In this document: positions 49,063-63,917 of the stretch, piece after piece
Position numbering within the stretch: the stretch's first letter is position 1
Layout: the number at the start of each line of letters is the position of its first letter
Source: Eledone cirrhosa
Taxonomy: Eukaryota
Length of the DNA stretch: 64,000 nucleotides
Assembly (NCBI GenBank): GCA_964016885.1
Contig: OZ024750.1
Span: forward strand, 43,276,001 to 43,340,000
Direction: 5' to 3'
Made by a program: the position numbers and the translations under genes
Notes under the pieces: generated by a model
Database searches by the model: none
What the model saw: only the letters and a program-made list of their open reading frames with translations
What the model was told of the DNA's origin: nothing

Positions 49063-50033
49063 TTTCTTCTCTGAAGACCTTCTGCTGTCCAGCCCTTCTG
49101 AGAGTTTCTTCTCTGAAGACCTTCTGCTGTCCAGCTCTCCTGGGAGTTTCTTCTCTGAAGACCTTCTGCTGTCCAGCTCTCCTGGGAGTTTCTTCCCTGA
49201 AGACCTTCTGCTGTCCAGAGCTCCTGGGAGTTTCTTCTCTGAAGACCTTCTGCTGTCCAGCTCTCCTGGGAGTTTCTTCCCTGAAGACCTTCTGCTGTCC
49301 AGAGCTCCTGGGAGTTTCTTCTCTGAAGACCTTCTGCTGTCCAGCTCTCTTGGGAGTTTCTTCTCTAAAGACCTTCTGCTGTCCAGCTCTCCTGGGAGTT
49401 TCTTCTCTGAAGACCTTCTGCTGTCCAGCTCTCCTGGGAGTTTCTCCTCTGAAGACCTTCTGCTGTCCAGCTCTCCTGCGAGTTTCTCCTCTGAAGACCT
49501 TCTGCTGTCCAGCTCTCCTGGGAGTTTCTCCTCTGAAGACCTTCTGCTGTCCAGCTCTCCTGGGAGTTTCTTCTCTGAAGACCTTCTGTTGTCCAGCTCT
49601 CCTGGGAGTTTCTCCTCTGAAGAGCTTCTGTTGTCCAGCTCTCCTGGGAGTTTCTCCTCTGAAGACCTTCTGCTGTCCAGCTCTCCTGGGAGTTTCTCCT
49701 CTGAAGACCTTCTGCTGTCCAGCTCTCCTGGGAGTTTCTCCTCTGAAGACCTTCTGCTGTCCAGCTCTCCTGGGAGTTTCTCCTCTGAAGACCTTCTGCT
49801 GTCCAGCTCTCCTGGGAGTTTCTTCTCTGAAGACCTTCTGCTGTCCAGCTCTCCTGGGAGTTTCTCCTCTGAAGACCTTCTGCTGTCCAGCTCTCCTGGG
49901 AGTTTCTCCTCTGAAGACCTTCTGCTGTCCAGCTCTCCTGGGAGTTTCTTCTCTGAAGACCTTCTGCTGTCCAGCTCTCCTGGGAGTTTCTCCTCTGAAG
50001 ACCTTCTGCTGTCCAGCTCTCCTGAGAGTTTCT
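49063..50033. repeat. 42-bp GC-balanced minisatellite, ~23 units; open on minus as (E/K)KLPGELDSRRSSE
   Basis: CTCTGAAGACCTTCTGCTGTCCAGCTCTCCTGGGAGTTTCT(T/C); substitutions only, no indels seen. Confidence 0.95.
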
Positions 50034-51317
50034 TACAACTATATAAGACAGACCTATGATACAATATTATATATAATGATTGGATAACTGCGAGACTGTG
50101 TCCGGTTTAATATTTTACATCCCGTTATTAAAATAAGTTGGATTATTTTGAATAAATCATGAATAAATATTATGTAATTTATCTACTAAATTTCTTAGAC
50201 CTTCATTAAACATAATCTTATGTATAATGTATTGTTTATTTCAAAATTCACTTCCGTTAAAACCTTCAAATGTCAACACTTCCGTTAGCGGCCATATCAT
50301 AACATTTCACCGTAATGCCGTTTTTCCATCAACAGTCTCATCTCTTTTCCATCTTCATTATTGTCTTTTTTTAGGGCGATGGATTGGCAGTATCGACAGA
50401 GAGTCGGACACCATGCTTTGCAGCATAGTTACGACCCTTTACGGTCTGAGTTCAAATCCCGCCGAGGTTAACTTTGCCTTTCCTCCTTACGGGGTCGATA
50501 AAATAAAGTACCAGAAATTATTGTCTTTTTTAAATGTATCATGGATAACTTTACTGATTACAGAAGAAAGTGTAAGACAGTCTTTGTTCAATTTCTGTGT
50601 ATATTGTCATTTTACTACGATGTACTATGTCATTAGAAATATGAGAACGAAGGGGTTTAACAACTGACTACATACAGAAACAGTTCAGCAGACCTACCAA
50701 CCTCTAAAACCCCCGAACGGGGAGTACCATGAGAAAATGTGCCCCAAAATGGGAGAAATGAGGCAAAATGGGGAGTTTTTACATAACTGTTTCTACTTTT
50801 GGCACAAGGCCAGCAATTAATCCAGTGTATTACTGGTACTTTATTTTATCGACCCCGTAAGGATGAAAGTCAAATTTGAACTCAGATTGTAAAGGGCCAT
50901 AACTCTATGCTGCAAAGCATGGCATCCGACGCTCTACCGATACTGCCAATCCACCACCGTAGCCAAAATGAAAGCTATACTCATTTTCACAAGAGAAGTC
51001 ATCTCTCTCCCACCCCAAAGGCTATGACAAATCTCCCCGCCGGACGGGGAGATGTGACAGGTCTGGTACAGTATATTGTTACTGTTAGTGTCAGAGTCAC
51101 TGTGGAGCAAGGAAGGGTGAGGGAGCATTGGTTGTACCGCTAGGGGTGACATAGGAATCTCAAGAGGCCAAGCCTATTTCTAAAATGAACTGAATCTTTC
51201 TAAGGCAGTGTATGGCATCGGAAATATGGCGACTAAAGGGTTTAACAATTGAAGACATGCAGAAATAATTCAGTATGGTGTCAGTACAGTGTTAATGTGA
51301 GTGTCAGAATTATGTAT

Positions 51318-51997
51318 AGGGAGAGCGAGAGGGGGGAGAGGGGAGAGATTGAGGGAGAGAAAGATAGGGAGAGAGGGAGGGAGATGGATGGCGAGGGAGA
51401 GAATGTATGTGTGTGTGAGAGAGAAAGAAAAGGGTGAGAGAGAAAAAGTGAGAGAGGGAGAGAGAGAGAGGGGGGAGAGAGAAAGAGAGAGAAGGAGAGA
51501 GAGTGTGAGAGAGGGGAGAGAGAAGGAGAGAAAAGAAAGAGAAGGGTGAGAGAGAGGGAGAGAGAGATAGGGAGAGAGAGGGGGAGAGAGAGAGTGAGAA
51601 GGTATTTTGATTGTGTCACTAGATGTGAGAGAGGGAGAGAGAGAGTGTGTGAGAGAGAGAGACTGTATGTGTGAAAGAGAAAGAGGCGGAGAGAGAGTGT
51701 ATGTGTGTGAGAGAGAGAGAGTGCGAGAGAGAGTGAGAGAGAGATAGAGAGAGTGTGTGAGAGAGAGAGAGAAGAGTGAGAGAGAGAGTGTGTATGTGAG
51801 AGAGAGAGAGTGAGAAAGAGAAAGTGTGTGTGAGAGAGAGAAGAGTGAGAGAGAGAGAGTGTGTATGTGAGAGAGAGAGTGTGTGTGTGAGGGAGAGAGA
51901 GAAGAGTGAGAAAGACAGAAGTGTGAGAGAGAGTGCGAGAGAGAGTGAGTGAGTGAGAGAAGAGTGAGAAAGAGAGGGGAGTGGGAGAGAGTGTGTA

Positions 51998-52090
<93 letters not shown>

Positions 52091-52201
52091 AGAGTGAGAA
52101 AGAGAGAAGAGTGAGAAAGAGTGTGTAAGAGAGAGAGAGAGAGAGAGTGAGAGAGAAAGAGAGAGAAGAGTGAGAAAGAGAGAAGAGTGGGAAAGAGTGT
52201 G

Positions 52202-52285
<84 letters not shown>

Positions 52286-52301
52286 TGAGAGAGAGAGAGA
52301 G

Positions 52302-52365
<64 letters not shown>

Positions 52366-52382
52366 TGAGAGGGAAGAGAGAG
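51318..52382. repeat. GA-rich low-complexity tract
   Basis: (GA)n with GT interruptions. Confidence 0.95.
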
Positions 52383-52695
52383 TGGTGTATTATGATTGTG
52401 TCGCTAGAGGTGATGAGGTGTCGCAAGAAGCCAAGAAGTGCTGGCAGACATTTACATAACAACTCAAACATGAAACAATAGCAAGCTAATTCGTTTTCAA
52501 TCTGTTTAGAACTTGAATAATTAAATTGTTCCTGCGGCGGAACAAGACTCAAGGAAATATGATATCTCCTCACAATACCTTATATGTGTATATATATATA
52601 TATATATATAGTATATGTATGTATGTAGAGATGTGTGTGTGTGTGTGTGTGTGTGTGTCTATCTATGTATCAATGTATATATATATGCATGAATG

Positions 52696-52774
<79 letters not shown>

Positions 52775-52799
52775 ATATATATATATATATATGTGTATA

Positions 52800-52839
<40 letters not shown>

Positions 52840-52845
52840 TATGCA

Positions 52846-52908
<63 letters not shown>

Positions 52909-52971
52909 GTATACATATATATATATATATATGTGTATATATTTATATATATATATGTATATATACATATG

Positions 52972-53002
<31 letters not shown>

Positions 53003-53138
53003 GTATATATATATATAAAGTGTGTGTGTGTATGTATATATAAGTGTGTATGTGTGTATGTATATATATATCTGTGAGTGTGTGTGAGTATGTGTGTGTG
53101 TGTGTATGTATATATAAGTGTGTATGTGTGTATGTATG

Positions 53139-53214
<76 letters not shown>

Positions 53215-53281
53215 CATACATACATACACACATACACACTTATATATACATACACACACACATACACACACACACTCACAG

Positions 53282-53320
<39 letters not shown>

Positions 53321-53497
53321 CACACATACACACACACTGTGAGTGTGTGTGAGTATGTGTGTGTGTATTCATACACATACATATAACATATACCGATGAC
53401 AGAGGGCGTGTTTTCTACCGCCAACCTCGTTCTCACGTTTTGTTTCTCTCTATGTCAAACATTATATTTATCACACACAAACACACACACACAGGCA

Positions 53498-53529
<32 letters not shown>

Positions 53530-53688
53530 TGCACCTCCCCACTCTCTCTTTCTCTCTCTCTCTCTCTTTATTGTTTTTCGTGTTAGTTTTTGCTCGTTTT
53601 TAGTTCGCCAACGATCTTTTGTTTTATTTCTCTCTTTCTCTCTTTCATTCTCTCTTTCTTTCTTTCTTTTCTTCTTTTCTTCTTTCTC

Positions 53689-53752
<64 letters not shown>

Positions 53753-53944
53753 TTCTTCTTTCCTTCTTTCTTATTCTCTTTCTTGCTTTCTTCCTATCTT
53801 TAAGCTACAACAGTAACTAAATACACACATTCGTACATTTTCTGAGTTCTCTAGTGTCTTTGTAAAACACTGTTTCATAACTATTCATATAATCTATATC
53901 ACCTTCATATATACACATATATATATATTTATATATATATACAT

Positions 53945-54041
<97 letters not shown>

Positions 54042-54105
54042 CACATATATATATATTGTAAATATATATATTTACACATATATATATATTTATATATATA
54101 TACAT

Positions 54106-54182
<77 letters not shown>

Positions 54183-54341
54183 CACATATATATATATTTA
54201 CAATATATATATAAACATATATATATATTTATATATATATACATACATACACACACACATATATATATATATATATTTACACATATATATATATTTACAA
54301 TATATATATACACATATATACATATTTATATATATATACAT

Positions 54342-54373
<32 letters not shown>

Positions 54374-54438
54374 TTACACATATATATATATTTACAATAT
54401 ATATATATACACATATATATATTTATATATATATACAT

Positions 54439-54502
<64 letters not shown>

Positions 54503-54611
54503 TTTTTTTTCCCATATCTTATGTTAACTATTTTCCCATTTTGACGCTATAGTCACATATATGTTATGGAATACTGTTAGCTTCTCGCTAGAACAATTTC
54601 TATACTTTTCA

Positions 54612-54679
<68 letters not shown>

Positions 54680-54687
<8 letters not shown>

Positions 54688-56415
54688 TAACAAATGGAAA
54701 CTATATTTATAAAACCATATTTATTTCATTATACATATTTCAAGGACACCAAAGCAAATTATGGTGCGCTTTCATCAGATAAAATATAATATAGATCAGT
54801 TTTATAAACAAATATTGACATACCCTTAAAAGAATGCGACCATGACGGTTGGAAGCTCCCGGATAGTGGGGTTACTAATTTTATTATTGGTTTATTATGC
54901 CGATTAGTGTCGGAGAGGTTTAAATCCTAGTATATTTAAATTAAGCCGTTGGAATAGGGAAAAAGAAAAAGAAAGAGCAAACCCAAAGAAGGAAAACAAA
55001 AGAAAGAGAAAGAGAGAAAACCCTAAGTGAGAGAGTGTTGTATTAAACGTAATTTATGAGATGATGAAGCGAAAAAATAAATATATAGTGGATGAATTAC
55101 GCGGAGTAAATAAAGCGTGGATAAATAAATAAATAAATAAATAAATAATAATAACCGTAGAATTTTATCTAATGTTTAAATTTGTATATATATATAAGTA
55201 TTAAGTTGTCAAACAATATTCGATGATTATGTCAAAGAATGAGTTTTACAGTAGATTGGAAGCACTCAACGAGAAATAATTTTCTGGAGTTATTAATATT
55301 AAAATATAAGTATTAATAAAATAGATGTTCTTTTGATCAATTACATTTTTTATACATATTTCGGATGTACAACAGTACGTCCTCATCAGACAAAATATAA
55401 TGATACATGACATACCCTGAGATGTTAAATGGTTAAGATTTAATCAAGGTAGTGATTATCCGATAGAAAATTTTGCTTATATAATATCTGTGTGAGAGTG
55501 CGAAAACGTAATGAATTCATTAGAGAGTGTGTGAGTAAGAAAAAACGTTGCATACTTAAAGTGTTCTAAAGTTTTAAATTGTATGATACTATACCTAGGA
55601 AAACGTCCCATGAATCATAACAGCCAGTGATAGCCACTGGAAAAAGATTTATAAGGAGGGAAAGATAAAGTGTGTTTTTTTTTTCGAAAGTTAAACGGTT
55701 AGAATTTGGAAATATTTAATTTATAATATTAATGTGAAGACTCCGGATTTCAGGATTATTTGCTATTTATATATATATTATTTATATAAATTCGATAAGT
55801 GTGTTATCATTTCTAAACTTCTGAATTGTGAGAATAACATTTTAAAGGATTTAGCTGGCACGTAAAGAATGAAATATTATACTGTTGATTAATTACCTAA
55901 GTCTAAACTTTAACAAATATCTCAACATATTAGGTATGTAAAGCTTTTGAAGTACTTATTGTTATAAATATTTGAATAACTATTATGTATATAGGTATAT
56001 ATTAATGAGTCAGTATGTATAAGGTAAAAATAAAATAAAAAAATAATATGTTACGGATAAAATTTATAGATATGTATAAGTATTCTTCAACCAAGATATC
56101 AACGTATTATTAGCTATAGGGATGTATATATATACATATATATTAGGTATTATTAATGTAGTATACTTTAGTTAAATGATAACAGTTATACTCTTAACAA
56201 CGTGTTACATTTAAATATATATATATATACATATAAGAAAAACGAACAATGAATGCATTGACAAACATCGAGGAATGAGATCTTATCTATTTGAAATATC
56301 AAATCATATATTTTATCTGACGAGGGCGTACTGAAAAAACAACACAGTATCTTCGAAATATATATAATAAGCATATATTTTGATTATGTGAATATCTTCA
56401 TTTGTTAATATTTTG

Positions 56416-56483
<68 letters not shown>

Positions 56484-56590
56484 GTTTAAGGACCTATCTT
56501 ATCGAGTGCTTTGCTAACTCATCATTTCATATAAGTACGCCGAATTCACTTGCAAACCGCCAGAGATTCGATTTTACTGATTTCCAACTA
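54680..56590. mobile_element. Longer PLE-like remnant cluster with HHRs at 54722-54786 (-), ~55344-55397 (-) and 56311-56370 (+)
   Basis: For example minus CTGATGA-GGAcGTAC-tgtt-GTACaTCC-GAAAT-atgt-ATA; 54680-54850 matches the 31141 family; no convincing ORF in between. Confidence 0.65.
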
Positions 56591-56633
56591 TATATATATA
56601 TAAATATATAAATATATATATATATATAAATAA

Positions 56634-56708
<75 letters not shown>

Positions 56709-56744
56709 AAGAGATATTTAATTTGTTGGTTATTCAACAAATTT

Positions 56745-57066
56745 ATTTATAACAGATTCGAAGCACTCGACAGATTTTCTGGTTTATGTTTATATTTATC
56801 AATGATATTGATAAATGGAAACTATATTTATAAAACCATATTTATTTTATTATATATATTTCAAGGGTAACAACATTTTGGTACGCTCTCATCAGATAAA
56901 ACTGAACCTGAACCGATAAGATCTCATTCCTCGATGTCAACATTTATAAAACAAATTTTGTATTTTATCTGATGAGAGCGTACCAAAATGTTGTTACCCT
57001 TGAAATATATATAATAAAATAAATATGGTTTTATAAATATAGTTTCCATTTATTAATATCATTGAT
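56745..57066. mobile_element. Fold-back copy of the 31141 family; HHR at 56961-57021 (+) mirrored at ~56840-56902 (-)
   Basis: IR arms ~56798-56902/56963-57066; spacer holds the reverse complement of ~56266-56288. Confidence 0.75.
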
Positions 57067-57372
57067 ATATATATATATATATATATATATGAAGGTGAGA
57101 GAAAGAGAAAATGAGAAAGAGATAGAGAGGAAGTATCAACCCCAGTATTAGACTGGTACTTATTTTTATCGACCTCGAAAGGATGAAAGACAAAATTGAC
57201 CTCGGCGGGATTTGAACTCAGAGAGCAGAGATCTGGGAGCATTCTATCCGACGTTCTAACGTCTCTGCCAATTCGCCACCTATACACATATATATATATA
57301 CAAACATAAACACTTACACACACAGACACACTTACACACACACTTACACACACGCATACAGACACATACACA

Positions 57373-57555
57373 TAATATATTAATAAATGGAAACTATATT
57401 TATAAAACCATATTTATTTTATTATATATATTTCAAGGGCAACCAAGGCAAATTATGGTGCGCTTTCATCAGATAAAATACAGATTTGTTTTATAAATAA
57501 ATATTGACATACCCGGAAAAAAGACAACCTTAACGGTTGGAGCTTCCTGGATAGT
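57373..57555 (-). mobile_element. Copy of the 31141 family with HHR at ~57415-57480
   Basis: minus: tattttat-CTGATGA...GAAAT-atat-ATA-ataaaata. Confidence 0.75.
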
Positions 57556-57661
57556 CATACACATACACATGTATATATTGTTATATTTTAAGATCATGCT
57601 GTCAATACGTGCACCGGTGGAGTTTTACTTCAGTTTTTACTATCAATTAGGTGAATTAAGC

Positions 57662-58040
57662 TCTTCTTCTTCTTCTTCTCTTCTTCAAATGATCCAGCTG
57701 CACCATCAAGCGAGTCCAGCTGAGCTGATGGATGTTATCCAACCATGTTGCACGGGGTCTACCCTTGGGACACTTGCTGGTTGGTTTTGCTCGTAAAATC
57801 GATCTGTCAAGTGATCCTTTCCTAAAAGCAGCGGCTCTACCTGGAGTGACTGCCTGCTCCTCTAGCTACGCACTCTATCCAGTAACGTTACTCCAAAGAC
57901 CATTCGGAGGAGCTCCGTTTCGGACGTCTGTATTTGCGATCGTATTCTTTCGGTCATCACACAAGGTGACGATAGGTAAGGGATGGCACGAAGACCGAAT
58001 TGAAGATAGCGAGTTTAGTTTTTTACACCTTTTTCTCTTC
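57662..58040 (-). mobile_element. Degenerate RTE-clade (Rex3/Expander-like) LINE 3' fragment with (GAA)n tail
   Basis: KLAIFNSVFVPSLTY..MTERIRSQIQTSE..LLDRVRS and KGRPRATWLDNI..LSW.RL. Confidence 0.7.
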
Positions 58041-58236
58041 TGATGACTGAATACTGAAGCTGGTGAATTACTTGTAATTCTTTCACTTACATAAACAGAA
58101 AGCAGGAGAGTGTCTTGCGAACAGCGTTATTGGACATGCAAATAAAAGGTTATCTGTGTTATACGTATTTTAAAACACATTAAAGCTGTCAGTTAGTTAT
58201 AGCAAACATTTGAAAATAGTGAACTAGTACACTATA

Positions 58237-58339
<103 letters not shown>

Positions 58340-58546
58340 GTGTGTGTATCTAAATAGGGAGACACAAACCAGGCTTCGTTTACAAACGGCTAGAGAATTT
58401 GAAAATTAGGTAGTAACATGTGCTTATGCCGTATTTAACAACATAGAATGAGTATGTTTGTTCCATTCAGAGGGTTTTTTTAAAAATCCCAACTAACAGA
58501 CGAATTCTATTTAGCCAAATACGGCAGAAGCACATGTTACTACATA

Positions 58547-58655
<109 letters not shown>

Positions 58656-58666
58656 TTAATCTGTTA

Positions 58667-58727
<61 letters not shown>

Positions 58728-58951
58728 ATACTTGGAGAGGTCATATTGTTGTAATAATATTGCCAGAAATAATAATAACAGAACACACTCACTGTTTGGT
58801 TGGTTTTCGCTTCTGTATTTTTTATATCTCCATAGTTAATTCATTTGGCAATCAGTGTTTATCATTGATTGACCAACGGTTAATATGACCCTCCCCCCCA
58901 AGTATAACAATATTTGTTTCGACACACGATTTCATATAAAAAACCTTGCAA

Positions 58952-59043
<92 letters not shown>

Positions 59044-59344
59044 TATATACATATATACAGCATATTCGAAGTTGGAGCAACAGCTAAGCCAACGAATGCC
59101 TTCAGCAGTGCAGCAAAGCACCCGGCAAGGTTATAACATACAGTTTAAAGGGCTTTGCAAATTGAAAATAGCGACCGCTAAATTCAGCTGCGTGATCTGT
59201 AGCAACGAACGAACTGACTAGTGAGAAAAAATACACACACACACATATACACATGCATACACACATACATACACACACACATACACACACATATATATAT
59301 ATAGTTATAGGAATAACCAAAGAGTACTTAGAAATACATTGTTT

Positions 59345-59557
59345 TATTAGCTAACAGTGTTTCATCCATACACCATGGCAGGAATCATCAGAGCCTATAA
59401 ACATGAGTATATCAGTAGTTGCATGCTCCATCGAGCATACATATATCACTTCAAAATATTAATAAATATAGACATTCATGTGATCAAATATATTTTATTA
59501 TACATATTTCGTAGGTACTGAACTATTTCAAACGTACGTCCTCATCAGATAAAATAA
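59345..59557 (-). ncRNA. Two same-strand HHRs of different families (~59349-59395 and 59491-59557)
   Basis: ggct-CTGATGA...GAAAC-act-GTT-agct; tattttat-CTGATGA-ggacgtac...GAAAT-atgt-ATA-ataaaata. Confidence 0.65.
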
Positions 59558-60109
59558 GTTGATGCCTGACATACCTTGACTATGTTAATGGTTATAATTT
59601 TGTTATATATTAATTATATATACATATATATATGCATATACATACGCATATGTACATATCCGTATATATAACATATATATATATACTGTGTATATATATA
59701 TATATATATGATGGCTACCTACAATTCGATTTCGAATAATGTCATTGCTTGATACTTAAGCAGGAGCATCACTGACGTGTCGTTTTAGTCCAGTTAGGGA
59801 CTTGCTTATGACCGAAATACCATGAATCATAAAATATGTCACGTAGCAAGCGATGCCTGTGCTTGAAGCTTTTTTTTAGTGAGGAAAGGCTTTGCATGGG
59901 GCCAATCCCACTCTCTAAACATCAAATGCATTGACCCCAAAAGAAGAACTGGTCTACATCATTGGATGCAAACGAAGTCGGTGGTTTTATATCAGAGTAA
60001 CCTTCTCCCTGAGAGATATCTTAATGAAGACTAGGAGTCTCTCGCTCCATGGAAAAAAAAAACGTTATTGGATGTCCGTTAACACTCCTGAGTTCCTCCG
60101 CCCTTTGAA

Positions 60110-60302
60110 GAGTGGGTCAAAAGTCACTTCTTAATTATTTTTATTAATAAAACATTACAAATTAACTCAAAACTAATTTATTTTATCTTTAAATTAAATT
60201 TTATAATTGGATCTTGTTTTTATTCAACTTTAATCTAAAAGAAAAAAAATGTTGGAAAAATTATGAATTTTTTTAACAGGAAGTGACTTTTGACCCACCC
60301 TG
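60110..60302. mobile_element. Tc1/mariner-type MITE remnant
   Basis: IR GTGGGTCAAAAGTCACTTC / GAAGTGACTTTTGACCCAC(CCTG) around an AT-rich core. Confidence 0.55.
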
Positions 60303-60306
60303 TGTG

Positions 60307-60348
<42 letters not shown>

Positions 60349-60576
60349 TGTGTGTGTGTGTGTATGTGTATATATATGTAGAGAAAAAATCTGCTGTTTT
60401 TCCTAGCTGCTATTTTTAGTGGTGTGATAGACAACACGTCTATTTTTACTTCCGCTTCTACTAAGGGCTAGTTCACGTGTAGGTCAACTTTACGGCCTCA
60501 TTCGATTCTGCACTAACTAGCTGAAGGCAATATATTTTGCCGTTCGTGGGACTTTACGTCATATGTAAGGGGAAAA

Positions 60577-60658
60577 TGCTTTCTGAAGAGCCGAACATTT
60601 CCATTGGTAGTCCCTCGGATTTCCAATCTTTTGTGAGGTGAAACCGTCGGTAAAAGCA
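60577..60658 (+). ncRNA. Type I HHR in island ~60380-60745
   Basis: tgcttt-CTGAAGA(60583-89)-gcc...ggt-GAAAC-cgtcg-GTA(60650-52)-aaagca. Confidence 0.65.
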
Positions 60659-60740
60659 AAAAGAATAGGTAAATATTTAAATTATATTTTTTAAATTTAT
60701 TTTGAAAAATTGTTTGAATTTTACTTGCCTCCACTTATCT

Positions 60741-60853
<113 letters not shown>

Positions 60854-61078
60854 TATATGAAGAATCGTGTGCCCATGTGAGGTGATGCTATAAAATAGGG
60901 TGTTTTCTCCACCTTACAAGGCAAGCTATATCATTTTCAGTAAAAGGAGAGTTTTTACTATTTACTTTCTTTCTTTCTCACTTCCATTTACTCACTCTTT
61001 CCATCTTCCCTTCTTTCTCTCTCTCTCTTTCTCTCTCTCTCTCACTCTCTCTTTCTATCTCTCTCTAGCTATCCATGT

Positions 61079-61136
<58 letters not shown>

Positions 61137-61219
61137 ATTTATTCATTTATTTTTCTTCCACAATTTTCTTTTTTTTCACCCTATCAAAATATGTATTTAT
61201 TTCGGTTTCTTTTACCACC

Positions 61220-61480
61220 CAGAGGTCCCCTCCCTTCCCCACAGTAGTTCCCCAACCCCGAGATTGACTCCCCTCCCTCCCTTCCATCCCAGTGATTCCC
61301 CAACCCCACCATTAACTCCCCTCCCTTCCTTCCCCACAGTGGTTCCCCAAGCCCGTCATTGACTCCCCTCCCTCTCTTCATAACAGTGGCTCCCCCTCCC
61401 CATCATTGACTCCCCTGCCTTCCTTCAGTGCTTCTCCTCCCAGTCGTGGTTGCCCGCCTCACCGTGGTTCCCTTACCCCC
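61220..61480. repeat. Degenerate C-rich ~45-bp tandem repeat
   Basis: Recurring CAGTGGTTCCCC..ATTGACTCCCCTCCC. Confidence 0.7.
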
Positions 61481-61579
61481 ACCCCAGGTAGAGATGGTCG
61501 GTAGGTCGGGCGACGATGTTAAAAAAGGGTCGACAAAAGGACAAAGGCGTGGTCTGGCTTCGGTGTTGTTGGCGACACT

Positions 61580-62850
61580 GTTTGTGTTGTGTGTGTGTAT
61601 GTGTGGTGCGTTGTGTGTGTGAGTGGTGTGTTGTGTGTGTGTGTGAGTGGTGTGTTATGTGTGTGTGTGTGAGTGGTGTGTTGTGTGTGTGTGTGTGTGT
61701 GTGTGTGTGGTGTGTTGTGTGTGAGTGGTGTGTTGTGTGTGTGTGTGGTATGTTGTGTGTGTGAGTGGTGTGTTGTGTGTATGTGTGAGTGGTGTGTGTG
61801 AGTGGTGTGTTGTGTGTGTGTGTGTGTGGTGTGTTGTGTGTTGTGTATGTGTTGTGCGTGTGTGTGTGAGTGGTGTGTTGTGTGTGAGTGGTGTGTTGTG
61901 TGTGAGTGGTGTGTCGTGTGTGTGTGTGTGTGTGTGGTGTGTTGTGTGTGTGTGTGTGTTGTGTGTTGTGTGTGTGTGTGTGTGGTGTGTTGTGTGTGTG
62001 TGGTGTGTTGTGTGTATGTGTTGTGTGTGAGTGGTGTGTTGTGTATGTGTGTGTGGTGTGTTGTGTGTGTGTGTGTGTTAGTGGTGTGTTGTGTGTGTGT
62101 GTGTGGTGTGTTGTGTGTGAGTGGTGTGTTGTGTGTGTGTGTGTGGTGTGTTGTGTGTGAGTGGTGTGTTGTGTGTGTGTGTGGTGTGTTGTGTGTGTGT
62201 GGTGTGTTGTGTGTATGTGTTGTGTGTGAGTGGTGTGTTGTGTATGTGTGTGTGGTGTGTTGTGTGTGTGTGTGTGTTAGTGGTGTGTTGTGTGTGTGTG
62301 TGTGGTGTGTTGTGTGTGAGTGGTGTGTTGTGTGTGTGTGTGTGGTGTGTTGTGTGTGTGTGGTGTGTTGTGTGTATGTGTTGTGTGTGAGTGGTGTGTT
62401 GTGTATGTGTGTGTGGTGTGTTGTGTGTGTGTGTGTGTTAGTGGTGTGTTGTGTGTGTGTGTGTGGTGTGTTGTGTGTGAGTGGTGTGTTGTGTGTGGTG
62501 TGTGGTGTGTTGTGTGTGAGTGGTGTGTTGTGTGTGTGTGTGGTGTGTTGTGTGTATGTGTTGTGTGTGTGAGTGGCGTGTTGTGTGTATGTGTGGTGCG
62601 TTGTGTGTGTGTGTGAGTGGTGTGTTGTGTGTGTGTGTGAGTGGTGTGTTGTGTGTCTGTGTGTGTGGTGTGTTGTGTGTGTGTGGTGTGTTGTGTGTGT
62701 GTGGTGTGTTGTATGTATGTGTTGTGCGTGTGCGAGCTGTGTTGTGTGTGTGTGTGTGGTGTTGTGTGTGTGTGGTGTGTTGTATGTATGTGTTGTGCGT
62801 GTGTGAGCTGTGTTGTGTGTGTGTGTATTTATAGTGTGTGTGTTTGTGTC
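61580..62850. repeat. GT-rich compound minisatellite (GAGTGGTGTGTT(GT)n)
   Basis: Direct reading. Confidence 0.95.
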
Positions 62851-62896
62851 TTTCTCAGCTGATGTGGTTTTTATGTTTACATAATACAGCATAACA

Positions 62897-62897
62897 T

Positions 62898-62977
<80 letters not shown>

Positions 62978-63013
62978 ATAGTAGTAGTAGTAGTGGTGCT
63001 GGTGGTAGTAGTG

Positions 63014-63060
<47 letters not shown>

Positions 63061-63068
63061 GGTAGTAA

Positions 63069-63102
<34 letters not shown>

Positions 63103-63277
63103 GGTGGTGGTGGTGGTAGTAGTAGTTGTAGTAGTGGTGGTGGTGGTGGTGGGGGTGGCGGTAGTAGTAGTAGTAGTGGTCGTGGTGGTGGTAGTAGTAG
63201 TGGTGGTGGTGTGGTGGTGGTAGTAGTGGTAGTGGTGGTGGTGGTAGTAGTAGTAGTAGTGGTGGTGGTGGTAGTAA

Positions 63278-63311
<34 letters not shown>

Positions 63312-63607
63312 GGTGGTGGTGGTGGTGGTAGTAGTAGTTGTAGTAGTGGTGGTGGTGGTGGTGGGGGTGGCGGTAGTAGTAGTAGTAGTGGTCGTGGTGG
63401 TGGTAGTAGTAGTGGTGGTGGTGTGGTGGTGGTAGTAGTGGTAGTGGTGGTGGTGGTAGTAGTAGTAGTAGTGGTGGTGGTGGGCGTGGTGGTAGTAGTA
63501 GTAGTAGTGGTAGTAGTGGTGGTAGTGGTAGTAGTAGCAATAGATATATGGAAATAAATAGGTTGATAGCTAAATATATGGATATATATGTATATATACA
63601 CACACAC

Positions 63608-63642
<35 letters not shown>

Positions 63643-63646
63643 TATA

Positions 63647-63694
<48 letters not shown>

Positions 63695-63768
63695 TGTATA
63701 TATATATATATATATATACTGTATATATATATATATATATATATATACTGTATATATATATATATATA

Positions 63769-63808
<40 letters not shown>

Positions 63809-63855
63809 TATATATATATATATATATATACTGTATATATATATATATATATATA

Positions 63856-63917
<62 letters not shown>

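Noticed and set aside
55440-56250. PLE RT or GIY-YIG coding remnant
   Set aside because: The minus-strand stretches I translated are stop-ridden with no recognisable motif; needs a profile search.
59058-59220. CRE-like RLE tail ([12 protein letters not shown])
   Set aside because: Similarity too short and degenerate to support.
61519-63609. 696-aa H/T-rich ORF
   Set aside because: Made of GT minisatellite and trinucleotide repeats.
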